Origin: Chrysomallon squamiferum
Taxonomy: Eukaryota > Animalia > Mollusca
Length of the DNA stretch: 64,000 bases
NCBI GenBank assembly: GCA_012295275.1
Contig: CM022671.1
Coordinates: forward strand, 11,160,001 to 11,224,000
Direction: 5' to 3'
Position 1 is the first letter of the stretch. Each line of letters opens with the position of its first letter. Below the pieces are notes generated by a model. The model was given only the letters and a program-made list of their open reading frames with translations, had not been told where the DNA came from and did no database searches. The position numbers and the translations under genes are program-made. Shown one piece after another: positions 1 to 29,683 of the stretch.

Positions 1-31
1 TGAAGAAATAAAATGTATGTGGACATTTCAG

Positions 32-5353
<5,322 letters not shown>

Positions 5354-7767
5354 AATCAGATTCTGAGTGATATCTATTCTTGATGAAGATTATTGACATT
5401 ATGTCATCGTTCAAAAATTCAGCTGGATAAGGGGAATTACTTTGCACTGTGTATTTCTGTAACAATAAATGGACAGCAGTTACTTGTAATCAAAAAAGAC
5501 AAATTTAATTTTGCAAACATTGATTACTAAATACTAAAATGGAAATAGGTTTTTGAAATAAATTTTGTTTACCTGCACTTTTTCTTTTCCCTTTACATGT
5601 AAATAACAATAGTTATTGTACAGACTATTTTGATACAGATATTTTTTTTTTGTAAATACAGAAAATGAGTAAGTTGATTGGTTTTGTTATTATTTTATGT
5701 TATCAGTTTAATTTTTGTTTCAACTGGGTGAAGTCTCTGATATAAACCATGGTCTCTGCATCACAGTTCATTTAAGTTTGTGTGTAACAAAATTATGCCT
5801 TTGATTTAATAACATTAAAAAATAAAAAAGAACTAATCTTAAAATATGATTGTGTACTAAGAACTGTTTGTACAATACTACTTGGAAGACTGGTGATACA
5901 ATCAGAAAGTGGATCACCCCTGGTTAGTGACAGATTGTTTACCAAACAATTGAATGTTTTATTACTAAACAATTAAGTAGTAAATTTATAATTTTTATCT
6001 CATGAAGGTTTAGATGATACATTTTGAAGTGAAAGGAAGTGAGTCTGATGTTAAGATATATGACTGGTCCACCTGTTACTATTTTTAATGAAGAAGAGTA
6101 CAATAAAAAGGATAGACTTATACAGTTCTATGTAGCTGGCATGTCAAAGTCTTTGATATGTGTCTTTTGTCTAAGAAGATGGTTTGCGAACCTACTAATT
6201 TTCCCATAATACACACAAACTGCTAATTTGAGAGTTAGTAAACATATATTAATTTAGAAATATGTTCAAATGTTATTAATTTAGATGGATAGTGTGATAT
6301 AATTTTTCTCTTTATATTGAAATATTTTAATTTGCCTTAATGCCTTTTATATTTAAATGATAATTTGAAAAACAATCCTTTTAAAAATAAACAGGGTTTA
6401 TATTTTTACACCATCCTCGACAGTAAACCATTCACGAGACGGAGGCTAGCAAAGGAATTGATGAAATAGATCAGCTGACCTCCAAGATCAGAAAAATAAT
6501 AGTAATAATAAAAAAGTAGTGAATATTTTACTTGTGACTGTTGCAACTATCAAACTTGTTTTAAAATAATCTGATTAAAAAACAAAACATCAATTAAGTC
6601 AATTGTTAAAATTTTAAGTTAAGCTGCACATCAGTAGAATCTGACTGAAAACTTTGTTATTAATCTTTATTCATATGTAAAGAAATTAAGTTCTGTATAA
6701 ATGTGTTATGGAAAGGTTCTATTTTAATAATAAAAAAATGACTACAAAAACTGACATGAAATTGCTAATTACTGATATTCATTTATCATTAAAATATTTT
6801 GTAATTGCATAGGAAACCATTGTGACATATTCAAATCACCTAGTATTATGAAGAAATGGAGTTTCATTGTAGACACAGTTAACGCATGAGGAATATTTCA
6901 CAGGTGAATAGGTGTGAAACATTATCAATGTCACTGCAGTTAAATGTACACTGTGCATAAACGTGCATAACACTGCTAGATAACATGTGAGTCAAACAGC
7001 TGTCTGACAGAGTAGTTCAAACAAAAACAGTAGTGTCTGGTGTAAGTATGAATACATTCTTTAATAATGTCTCTGTTGACCAAAACAATTTTTTATTGTT
7101 TTTGAGTGGGTTTTTTTTTTGTCAATAACGATAAAAAGGACAAATACACACGCACACACACACATGCAAAATTCTTGTTAAAAGTGATCTTAGAAATCAA
7201 TTTTCTATTTATTTTTAAACCATCACCATCACTACAACTAAAGGGTTAGAAAGAGCAACAGCTAATTCAAATGCCATTTTTATACAGAAGTGTTGCTTTA
7301 AACAATATCATACTTTTCAAGTGTTGCTTAGAAGTATAAATTATATTCCATATTTCCCCAATTTACTGAAAACATCTGTTGTTTAGTTTGCATTAACTAA
7401 ACCTCACTATTGCAATGTGGATTCAGTCAAAAGTCCCCTGCAGAAATTGTGTTTCATTTGTTTGTGATTCTACTTGCTTTGTGAAATATGCATCTGCTTT
7501 TATGAAAGGTCCATTACTTTTTTTTTTTTTATAATTTACATTTTTGCTAGAAACATTAATTCTAATTGTTCACATTTCTCAAAGATAAACAATTCAATAA
7601 TGAATTATTAAGTAATGAAATACAATACCGCTATTAACTAATAAGTATTGTAATTGTTTCAGAATCAACTCAAGCAAATAAATAATACAATAATGAATTT
7701 TAATAAAATCAAAGAAAACTATTAATAATGAACTAATTGTTTCAGAACTGGATCAAAGTACTGAATT

Positions 7768-8265
7768 ATGAGGACTCTTACAGTCCTTTTCTTATGTTTG
7801 TACCTGCTAGACTGTGTGTCAGCTCTGACTTGTGTCTCGTGTGCTAATGCTACATGCATCCCACCCCTGCCTGGCTGTGAACTTGGAAGAAGACTGTGTT
7901 CATGTTGTATGGAATGTCGTTTGAAACTCGGTGACGCATGCTCATCATTCACTACCGAGTAAGATTTTACCTTTGTTCTTCTGTGTAAATGTATTATTAA
8001 CTTCATGTTAATCCAATAAACAGGTGGCATCAGCATATCCAATCAGTGCACCTAAGACATGAATATGTAGAAGTAATAATGAAAAGCTACATCTTACATA
8101 TGAAAAATCATTTTTATAAAACAATATTATTTTACAAATGCAGGCCATCTGCTCCAGCGCCCCAAAGAGAAATTTTTATAAAACATCTACTTCCCTGTCT
8201 CCAGACGAAATACTGACTTGGATGCTAAACCCAGTAGAAAGATGGTTTAGATTATCATTATTTAG

Positions 8266-8306
<41 letters not shown>

Positions 8307-8552
8307 TATTTTATTTTTTACTTTTATTATTTTTTTCAGATGTTTTAGAATTAGTGTTATCAAAGTTTGATAATAACTTTGATTTTTAATTCAAGGTGTG
8401 AATCAGAACTGGTATGTCTGACAACAGCTGGTGCATTTATTGGCAGACCACCTTTCATACTGAATTACTTGGTTGGACAGTGCGTTGAACCCCGAGCCAC
8501 AACTCATGCACGCTCTAGTTATGTAATAAAACAACAAATAACCAAAAATTAA
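7768..8552 (+). CDS. Secreted single IGFBP-N (IB) domain protein, perlustrin-like, ~115 aa
   Basis: Exon 7768-7958 (GA|GTAAGA) joins exon 8396-8552 (AAG|G TGT) in phase 2. Signal peptide MRTLTVLFLCLYLLDCVSA is followed by LTCVSCANATC..C..LCSCCMEC..LGDACSSFTTECESELVC..GQC, giving 12 Cys in IGFBP N-domain spacing. An acceptor TTTCAG ending at 7745 implies a 5' UTR exon. AATAAA at 8619. Confidence 0.88.
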
Positions 8553-9832
8553 AAAGAAAAGAATGTAGATAAATATTAATTCTTTAAAGAGAATTGGTGA
8601 AAATGGTTGAAGTAGTTCAATAAAATAAAATAAAAAAGGTAAAAAGTAATTGAGTTACTTTTGTTGACAGGATAATTTCAGGACTGTTTGCATCTGAGTT
8701 TACACTTTCACTTTTGCATGTTAGAATTTCACTTTTTAATTAGTGAGGAAACAAGAAATGGAGCTAAGAATAATTAACATGTCAGGCCAGGGTATTTGAC
8801 TGTCTTGTAATTTTAGAATGATTTCAATATTAATTGATGTATTAAATGTGTGTCACTAGCTATATTCTAATAGATATAAAAATAAAGAAAATGTAGTGAA
8901 CTCCTAAGAAATAATTCCAAATTTCAAAACAACATTGTTGAAGTCTAGTTTTGTAAGGTTTTATTAGCACATTTAATTTCTGTTCTACACACAAGACAAA
9001 CACAGACCACACAACTCCACCGACTAATAAATTAACATATATAATGAATAAAGAAATAATTTTCTTCCCAAAAAATTAAACAATTCCAGTTACAGAGTAT
9101 CACAATTATTCCACCATTAAACAGATACAAAATAATTTAATTATAATAATGTATAATCAGAGGGTTAAATAAAGTTTACAACAACAACCGAAGTTGTCAC
9201 ATCTTTTATGACATGTATTTTAATAAGCATGTAAATAGACATAAATGACAATTAAAACAACATGCAAAACAAGACAATGTTTTGTTGCTGACAACTGAAT
9301 ATTGCTACAATTAAATGCATTTGTGAACATTGCACATCTGCCTAATCTAACAGATAAACAGAAAAAATAAAAATAAAAGAAAGATATGAAAGTAATTATG
9401 GTAATGAGATTCAAATCATAACACGATTTAAAAGTAGGAAGTAGATGAATAAAATTTAAAAAACAGAATCAATTTAATCATCTGCAGAGAAAAATAAAAC
9501 ATATTTTATTGCAAATACCATAGATAAACATATTAATACAGGAAATATATTAACTAAACCAAGTCAGTTATCATATGCATAATTAGTAAAGTGAGTAATA
9601 CATTTGATGATACATTATGAACAATAATCAAATCTGTTCAGCTAAGTCAGATTCACAAACAGAAAACTAAAGTTAATCCATCTTAAACTGAAATGTGGAA
9701 AGAGTGTTTTCTTTTGTCCTGCAGAAATCTGTAAGAGATTTTGATAAAATACATTCAATAACAGAAGCATATATCTAAAGATTAGTTTTAATGTTGGTTT
9801 TAGTAGACAGGATTTGGTTTAAAACCTCTTGA

Positions 9833-11596
9833 TCATGCTACAGGTGATTCTGGTGTTGTCTGCACTGCTTGCTCAGATTTTGGTGTAAGAAATACACGGA
9901 CACAGCCATAAGAATACATAGGAACAGGAATTTTTCCTGCCTGATTCCAGGTACTGCTGTCAGGGTCAAAGTATTCAATAATGTCAGAGTATAAATTGTC
10001 TTTTGCACCTCTTCGCCTTCCACCAAAGGCATACAGCTTTTCATCCAGTACAGTAAGACTAACAAAGTCACGTGGGTAACTCATATCAGGAAGAATTTCC
10101 CAGCAGTCTGATGTTGGGCTGAAGCGAAAAACTCCTTCCAAACCAACAATGTAGATCTGACTGTTTAACACTGTGGCACTGAGACACATATCATTGGCTG
10201 GAAGACCTTTCTCCAGAGCAGTGCACTGTCCAGTAGTTGTGTCATAACACTGTACAGTGTTAGTCACCATCTCATCATTGTTCTTGCCTCCAAACAGGAA
10301 GATTTTCTTTCCAAATGTGACAAAGCCCATATTTTCCACGCCTGTTGTGAGAGTTCCTGCCTCTTCCCACTTATTCAGCTTCTTCTCCCATACTTCAACA
10401 GATGACAAAACCGATTCTTCGTTAAACCCACCAAGAACATAGATCCTGTCATCTACAGCAGTCATTGCATGTCGTCGACGAGCATGCAGCATGCTGGCTC
10501 CACGAAGCCATGTCTCGAATGTCAGATCATACTTCCAAAACTCTGCACTGCGAAGACCACCAGAAACATATATTTCATCTCCAATAGAGCATGCTGAAAA
10601 TTCATTCCTCTTCTTAAATGGCAGTGTCTTTAGTGAACTGAACTGTTTCGTGTCAGCTCTGTAACATTCCACGTCATTGCTGAGACCTTCCATTAGTCGC
10701 CCACCAAGGAGGATAGCACTCTCAAAATATGGGAATGAAAATCGTGGTGTAATCTGGTAAGATGGCAGCATCTGCCACCTCGATGGGACATTATGATACA
10801 TGATAGCATCTTCCAAAAGTTCCTTTCCTTTGTCTTCATCAGTGAGATAGCAATTTTTGACTACAACATCCATCAAGAAGCTGGAGTTGATCAATGGAAA
10901 TTTGACACACTCAAGAACTCTGAACTGGTTATTACGTCTTCTTTCTGAATCAGCATCAAGCCATGTCACAGCCATCTGGAAGACCTGATCTTCAGATGGG
11001 CAGTTCAATCGTCTATCTCTTAGTAAATCCACAACACACTCCACAGAAAGCTTGCAGAAATCTTCATCAGCCATAATAGCATTAAAATGTTTGCAAGCAA
11101 ATTCCTTTGCAAAACTGTACAAATGCTGATGGCTAAATGTGTCTGCTAGTGTCATGGCAGCCAGACAGTTGCCGTCATGCATGTTCTGCTGAAAGAACTG
11201 CACACACAATTCTACGAGAGGAAACACTTGGAAAAGCTGAGCCTGGATAAACAGATCCTGAACTACTGATTCAGTGACCTTGACATTGCCAGTGTAAATA
11301 AAATGCAAAATATTTTCAAAAACTAAAGCATCAACATCCTTAAGGTCAACAGTTTCTTTACGGCTTTCTTCCATTCCTGATGCAAACATAGATTTAAAAT
11401 AAGGAGATCCTGCAGAAAGAATGACTTTGTGGCATGGAAATGTTTTTCCATTTACAACAATAGTGATATCTGAGTAATGTCCTTCCAGTCTGAGTCTCTC
11501 CATATTTTCAATCAGAGTGGTGGAATGATCTTGACTGAAAAAACTGGATTCAGTTTCTAAAGAAATTTCATCTGCCATCTCCACTTTTTTGGACAT
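9833..11596 (-). CDS. Kelch-like BTB-BACK-Kelch protein (Cullin-3 adaptor family, broadly KLHL24-like), ~587 aa, one coding exon
   Basis: BTB (SDITIVV..FPCHKVILSAGSPYFKSMF), BACK, then six Kelch blades (LLGG, VSGG, VLGG, LFGG, degenerate IVG, AFGG). The ORF-track ATG at 11611 lies in an intron end (TTTTCAG|GTGAAATG), so the likely start is 11596. A minus-strand donor GTAAGT near 12303 suggests a 5' UTR exon. Confidence 0.93.
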   Translation of the reverse strand: MSKKVEMADEISLETESSFFSQDHSTTLIENMERLRLEGHYSDITIVVNGKTFPCHKVILSAGSPYFKSMFASGMEESRKETVDLKDVDALVFENILHFIYTGNVKVTESVVQDLFIQAQLFQVFPLVELCVQFFQQNMHDGNCLAAMTLADTFSHQHLYSFAKEFACKHFNAIMADEDFCKLSVECVVDLLRDRRLNCPSEDQVFQMAVTWLDADSERRRNNQFRVLECVKFPLINSSFLMDVVVKNCYLTDEDKGKELLEDAIMYHNVPSRWQMLPSYQITPRFSFPYFESAILLGGRLMEGLSNDVECYRADTKQFSSLKTLPFKKRNEFSACSIGDEIYVSGGLRSAEFWKYDLTFETWLRGASMLHARRRHAMTAVDDRIYVLGGFNEESVLSSVEVWEKKLNKWEEAGTLTTGVENMGFVTFGKKIFLFGGKNNDEMVTNTVQCYDTTTGQCTALEKGLPANDMCLSATVLNSQIYIVGLEGVFRFSPTSDCWEILPDMSYPRDFVSLTVLDEKLYAFGGRRRGAKDNLYSDIIEYFDPDSSTWNQAGKIPVPMYSYGCVRVFLTPKSEQAVQTTPESPVA

Positions 11597-12520
11597 TTCA
11601 CCTGAAAACATACAATATTATCACATACTGATACAGTTTAGATAATTATATGAAGTGCACTTTATTACACAGGTAAGTGATTTTAAATAATAAATTACTG
11701 AAAATGGCTGAGGATCAAACACAGTTTTTTTGTTTTATCTTTTTATAATAATAACAACAACAATAATAATAATATTAATAATTTAAATAATAATAAACTT
11801 GAAAAATTAATAAATGTCTCAAATGCCCCCATCAGTCACTGTATTGATACATTGTAGATTATTTCATTATTTTAAAAAATAAAATAAAATAAAATAAATG
11901 TTGTTTGTTTTTAATAATAAATATTTATTACCAGAGATATATGTTTTTTTAAACTAAGTAATCTTATTATTTTTAGTTTTTCTTCTAAATCTAAGAATCA
12001 GTATGACACTGTAACACTAACAGAAATCTGTAAACATTCCAGCACTCCTCAGAATAGTCTTGATAATCATGTTAATTATTTCGCATTTGGCTAAGGTTTT
12101 TCATTTAACGATGCACTAAGTATTATTATGCAAAAAGAATTAATTATTATCTTAAGTACAATTATGATTATGACTCATAAGTTTACGGACACTCGGACAG
12201 TTCCGACTTCTACAGTCTATCAACATCATGTAACGAACTAAAAAAAAAAAAAAAAAAAAAACAACATAAAAGTAGTTTTGAACTTGCGCATTTAGAAACT
12301 TACGACATCAATCGTTTAGCTATAATGTAAAGCATCAAACGTTTTTGATGATCTACGTATCAGATCTGATGAGAAAATAAAATATCCGGATCCATAAAAA
12401 TATGCATCTGTCAAAATACCACTATAACAACCATGGTTGTTTCTGTTGGAGAGTTATTGTTCAAGGTCCATAACTCTGTTGTATTTTAAACAAAATCACA
12501 ATTTAAATAGCTTTTAATAA

Positions 12521-12553
<33 letters not shown>

Positions 12554-15500
12554 TAATAATGACGACGACGAAGATGAATACAACAACAACAACAGAAATT
12601 ATAAAATCTATAAATAAATAAAGAATAACGAGAAATAAAACAGCAGAAAAATAAATATATAATATTACTGGATTGGAACAACAGTTCATAGCGTTTTTCA
12701 AAAGGTGGCGTTTGAGCATGTGATTTCATTTCACAAATGACTGAAATATCTGACATATATCCATATTCTGAAAGGTTAACGAAAATGACACATAATTACG
12801 TGTTTGAATAAATATATGTGCAAATACTAAATATTATCTTTGAATTTCCACTCAAAAAAATGCAATGGAATTTTATTCCAGCCCAGTATTCTGAAGCTTG
12901 TTTTGGTATGATAGAGCGATTTAGAACGTGGACACTGGGGGAATGCATATATATAGATATATTTAAATATGTAAGTGCTTTAACCTCCTCACTGCATAAT
13001 TCATATGACCAATATAAAATTCAATTCAGGTGGCCCAACTGATAGCTTTATTTAGAAGAAAAAAAGTAAAAGAAAATAATAAGAGAAGAAAGGTTGATAT
13101 AACATAATAAACTTATGCATATCGTTAATATATATGTATGTAATATAAGTGTGTATGAGTGTAAGTAGATATAAGTTTGATGTATGTATATATGTATTTA
13201 TCCAAATATGAACATATCATGTATGTATGTATATGTATATATGCATTTGTCTGTGAATATTATATTTATTGTGTTATGGTTTGTTGGTGTATGTACGCAT
13301 GCACATATGTATGCGTTTAATCATTGTACAGTATTTGTATAAACCAAATGCAGCTACAGCGTGGCAGTTGTACTCTCATATTACTTCACTTTATCTAGCT
13401 CTGCGTGAGATGTTTCTGTAGAAGCGAACAAACTGTCACAAAGTGAAAGCCTTTCTTCAGTCTTCACAGTTCATTTAAAAAGAAGAATGGAAATATAAAT
13501 AAGTTCGTATATTATAAAGTTGTCATATATCCAACAATCGGTCGATTTTTCTCAATCTAAGACTTATAATTCTTCCTTTAACAACGACAAATATTTCGAT
13601 CGCGTTCAATGCAACTTAACGTGTCTCTGTTCAGTTTGATAGCTCGTGCACCGAATATTTAGCTATTACAACTGGATATGAGTGTATAATCGAAGGTGTG
13701 GTAATTTAGTTTTAAACGCTTGTCACAACGAACGTGGAGAGAATCATACATTGTATTTGTTAATGTGTTTTTGTAAGGAGCCTTTGCTGTTACTTAATGA
13801 ATGATAAGATTTCTTTGAGAACGTTAATAGCTAAGGTGCAGTTATTTTACTTTCTAGTCAATTCCAGTTATAGAGGGAAAATAAAAATAATTATCTGTTT
13901 CTAATGTGTGGTTTGGAAACAAAACTTATCATTTCCGAACAGATTTAAACTTCAAATGCAGTGTCCATTTCTCAAGAAATATAAACATCAAAATAATGTA
14001 CTCTGTAATGTAGGACTGATGTTTGGTTGATTTATCTTAGTTACAATAAAATAAAAAATAAAAGAAAATGAAAATAATAGCCCATTTAATAATAACAACA
14101 ACAGCAAGAGAACATCAGCAACAATAACAATAATAATAATAATGATTTTGTTGATGATAATACTAATAGTTCATTATTATTATCATTATTTAAAAATAAC
14201 AGTAAGGAGTTTATTTGTTTCCTTTCATTATCAACAAGAAAATTAATTTGTGCGAACACTTTCCCAAATTACTAAATGACTAAGTCAACTATTAGTCAAA
14301 ACGTACACAACAGCTGTGACAAACAAATCTAAATGTGGAGTAAAATGAACAGATAATCAGTCTGTATTAAAAAGTAAATCACGCCTAAAGCTGTGTCACT
14401 GTGTTATCTGTATTGTGTCTGAATAGTTCGTGTGTCTGTAAACTGAAAATTAAACAACTAACCCAGTGCTATTTCTTATTAAAATAGATTCACTCTTAGC
14501 AGAAGTTACATAATTAATGTCACGTTGAAAGACAGGTAGTATAAATTCATCGACATTTAGGTGAAACTCCAATCATATTTTCTTATCGGCCTCGTGTTAA
14601 GAAGCGCGCGCGTGTGTGTGAACATGAATCTGACACTGTTATCTGATTTAGTGATTTCAAAGGTTCTATATTTACAAAACGTAAACAAGAAACTCACATT
14701 CTTCTCCTTTTTTAATTTCTTTTTTTTTTTTCTTCTTGCTGTTTGGTTGTCAGTAGAGAACAATAGGGAACATGCATGCTTACTTTCCAGCCAGACACGT
14801 CAAACTCAGTCATGATGTTTATTACAGCAGTATCAGTGAGTATCAGTTAAGAAGTCTGGGGATGTATAAACCTGTCGTGTCTTTAGCACTTTTTACCTTC
14901 ACTAACGCAGAGACGTACGGGCTCTTGACTTGCTTTGCACGACATACAGACAGACGTGTAAGCAGAGGGTTAAAACGACGAAGTGGCTGATTTGAAGGCG
15001 GAACAGTGCTTATCACATGTCCGCTTGCTTCGATGGAAACAAAAAAATAAAAATCAGTATGTACAAACAAAAGTAAAAAAATAAATTATTTTTCTTAAAA
15101 AAGGAGAAAAATACAAAAACGAAAACTCCTCCAAACAATAACAACAATAAAAATATTTAAAAAGAGACCACAACTAGAAACAACAAAGACAAATATGAAC
15201 AAATATCAGAATCAAACGGCTCTGATATTAACTCTGACATTAACAAATGATCTGATGAGAAATCGACTAAGGAAAATTGATTGTTTATTTGCTTTGTTGA
15301 AATATGCTGATAAATTAACTATTATTTTGTCACTCGAAGTATTGATTTCTTGTGACATAACAAATATGACGAGAAATGTAGGAGAAAATACGACAATTCA
15401 GATTTTTTTATCTTTATGAAGACTGGCGGATGTTGGTACTGATATTTCTGTTTTATTGTGACATCATTAACTTTGGTAAACAGAGACGTTAAAATAAAAA

Positions 15501-15624
15501 ATTAAGATAAAACATATAAAATAAAGTAAAATAATAATTAAACCAGTATTAATTTTAATAAGTTTCCGAAATATAATATTTTTAATCATTATGAAGTAAA
15601 CTGTTTACAAGGATAACTTTACAT

Positions 15625-15700
15625 CAGTGATTCCCAACCTTTTTTTGCTCCACGCCCCACCTCATCATCTAAAAAATGTTTATGTTCCCGTTTGATATAA
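15625..15700 (+). mobile_element. Probable hAT/Charlie-type DNA transposon terminal remnant
   Basis: CAGTGATTCCCAACCTTTTTTT resembles the CAGTGGTTCCCAACCTTTTT terminus of hAT-Charlie elements. I found no partner end. Confidence 0.35.
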
Positions 15701-17854
15701 AAACAAACTGAGTTTTGAAAAAGTGTAATTACTGTAATATAAAGTAGATATCCTTTAATCCTTTAAGTAAACAAACCCGCTTGTAGGTACTGCCATATTC
15801 ACGGTAACATGCGTAGACAAAGTATAACTGGAAGTTTGGTCGTATTATATCACTTTCAAATGTGCCTCATTATATTCGAACTGCCCGCGCCCCACGAATA
15901 CTCACAACTCTACATCATCAGAACATGTCAGATATTAAAGTGTGTGCATAGTGAGAAAACTGTCTGTTAGGACACTGAGGTAGGACAACAGATAACTGTA
16001 TATAGATTTATTATGTTCACTGTTAAGATTATGTAAAACCAATTATATAAAATAACGTTCTTTGACTTAAGAATATATGCACTTCACTAATCTTGAGGCT
16101 CCCGTTGTTACATCATAATAAACTGACGTCATTATATAATAACGACAAGATAAGAAGAAGAAGAAAAAAAAAAAAATAATAATAATAATCATCATCATCA
16201 TCATAATAAATGACGACAATGATTAAGAAACCAAGAAAAAAACAACAAAATAGTCTAGACTGAAATTTAGCTATGGCGAAAAAGGTAATATTTATCCTTA
16301 TTTTATTTTATTTTATACTTTTTAAATCAAAACAAAACAGCTGTGGAATTATTTTATTTATTTATGTTACTTAGGTTAATTAATTATTTAGGAAAGCAGA
16401 AAAATCTACATTTTAATTAGGTTTAAGAAACGATATAAATGAATGAAAGAGCACTAATTTAATCTACGTGTAATAGTAGATTATACATAACCCCATTTGA
16501 AGAGCGAAGCGAAGGTGAATGAATGTATTATTTTTATTTTTAAAACTAAAAACGAGTTTAGCAAACATCTAAATTTTATATTTCTATGACTAAGTAAAGA
16601 AAGTAGGACAAGAATAAACAAAGCGACAACGTGATCGACAAATCTGGAAAGAATTTCTCTTTCAACATGGCAATGAAGTGGTGTAAAGAAAAGCTATAGA
16701 GATTAAACTTAGATTTATTGTCACCAGACACACTCACTACGACAGATTTAACATTCAGTCTATGAAGTTTATTAGAAATACAGTGTACCAGCGCTCATTA
16801 ATTAGTGCATAACCGTCAATCGCCGGGCTATGATTTTTTAATCGGATGGTGATTGATAAAGGTCAAGAAAGTGACCGAGAAAAAGTATAAAATATTCGAA
16901 TTAGAAACCCCCATTTCAGTCGCACCTTTCTTTCACCATTAGCCGCTAAAATGGTATGTGTAACTTAGGGCAAACAAAAAGGCTATAATAGGTATGCAGT
17001 GTGACAAAGGCGCTATATTCGACTTACGAAACTCGGTTCAATAAAACGATAAGCCGGCGATAAACGCCAGTATTAATCTGCCATGCTTGAGGAAAGGAAA
17101 ACTGTGGATACAACGTCCTAACAAATCCGAATCTCGGTAATAACTTGTGTCAGCTTTTTCTTCGACCCGCCTGACGTTCTGACCCACAAAACGCTGGAAT
17201 CTCGTCTGCTACTTCGTCCATTACGTGCTTGGAAACATTTTAACCACACAATTAAATCTCATTCTTATTTCGAGATTTTCTCAACGGACAGTCATCAGAA
17301 CTTATAATATGAAAATGGCTACTGATTCATGATGTCCTGTTTCTACAAGTACAGAGGATATACTTGCATCAGAACAATTCCACTGTTAGATGGCTGCTCC
17401 TGGTTTTAAAAGAAGTCGTTTACTAGATTTATAACTGAATCGGTGCTGCGGACGGTAGAAACGTTGACAGATAGTGTGCCAGTATGGACTTCGAGTGCAT
17501 TGCTATGCTGTTTAATGTAATGGCGTTGATACGTGGCTCACGTCAAAGACTCAATGCATGTCTGTGATAATTGGTAATTGCTTCTTTTTCTAGTCAGTAT
17601 ATACATCAAGGTATTAGTATATATTTAATCGTCTTTTATAGGAAATTATAAAGTATGTATTATTTATTTTTACACAAACACGCATACACCCTGTCTCTGT
17701 GTATGTGTGTGTGTTTGAGTGTGTGTGTTTGTGTGCATATGTATATATGTATAATATATATATTTCTCTATCTTTCACTCTTTTTCTCTCTTTCTCTCTA
17801 TAAAATCACGTACACAGACTGAGACTGGTTATGTATTTAGAGTGATCATCAGAA

Positions 17855-28813
<10,959 letters not shown>

Positions 28814-28822
<9 letters not shown>

Positions 28823-29683
28823 GCAAGAAAAATCTTACTGGAGAACATTACAAACCTTACAATTCTACTGAGCAAGATAAAACTTACTGGAGAACATTAC
28901 AAACCTTACAATTCTACTGAGCAAGATAAATCTTACTGGAGAACATTACAAACCTTACAATTCTACTGAGCAAGATAAATCTTACTGGAGAACATTACAA
29001 ACCTTACAATTCTACTGAGCAAGATAAATCTTACTGGAGAACATTACAAACCTTACAATTCTACTGAGCAAGATAAATCTTACTGGAGAACATTACAAAC
29101 CTTACAATTCTACTTGAGCAAGATAAACCTGTTACTGGAGAACATTACAAACCTTACAATTCTACTGAGCAAGATAAAACTTACTGGAGAACATCACAAA
29201 CCTTACAATTCTACTGAGCAAGATAAAACTTACTGGAGAACATTACAAACCTTACAATTCTACTGAGCAAGATAAACCTGTTACTGGAGAACATTACAAA
29301 CCTTACAATTCTACTGAGCAAGATAAAACTTACTGGAGAACATTACAAACCTTACAATTCTACTGAGCAAGATAAAACTTACTGGAGAACATTACAAACC
29401 TTACAATTCTACTGAGCAAGATAAAACTTACTGGAGAACATTACAAACCTTACAATTCTACTGAGCAAGATAAAACTTACTGGAGAACATTACAAACCTT
29501 ACAATTCTACTGAGCAAGATAAAATTTACTGGAGAACATCACAAACCTTACAATTCTACTGAGCAAGATAAAACTTACTGGAGAACATTACAAACCTTAC
29601 AATTCTACTGAGCAAGATAAAACTTACTGGAGAACATTACAAACCTTACAATTCTACTGAGCAAGATAAACCTGTTACTGGAG
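28814..29683 (+). repeat. 49-bp minisatellite, ~17-18 copies, starting at the TPR gene's last codons and stop
   Basis: Unit TTCTACTGAGCAAGATAAAACTTACTGGAGAACATTACAAACCTTACAA; copies are near-identical. Confidence 0.97.

Noticed and set aside
5883-5925. miR-7-like TGGAAGACTGGTGAT
   Set aside because: The match breaks after 15 nt and there is no full precursor hairpin.
11597-11611. ORF-track start MFSGE for the Kelch gene
   Set aside because: It overlaps a consensus acceptor TTTTCAG|G and is probably intronic.
14526-14545. miR-71-like TGAAAGACAGGTAGT; also miR-10-like TACCCTGTA at 42648
   Set aside because: Only partial matches, with no complementary arm.
14557-15070. Cluster of short overlapping ORFs
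   Set aside because: No recognisable domain and no consistent splice chain.
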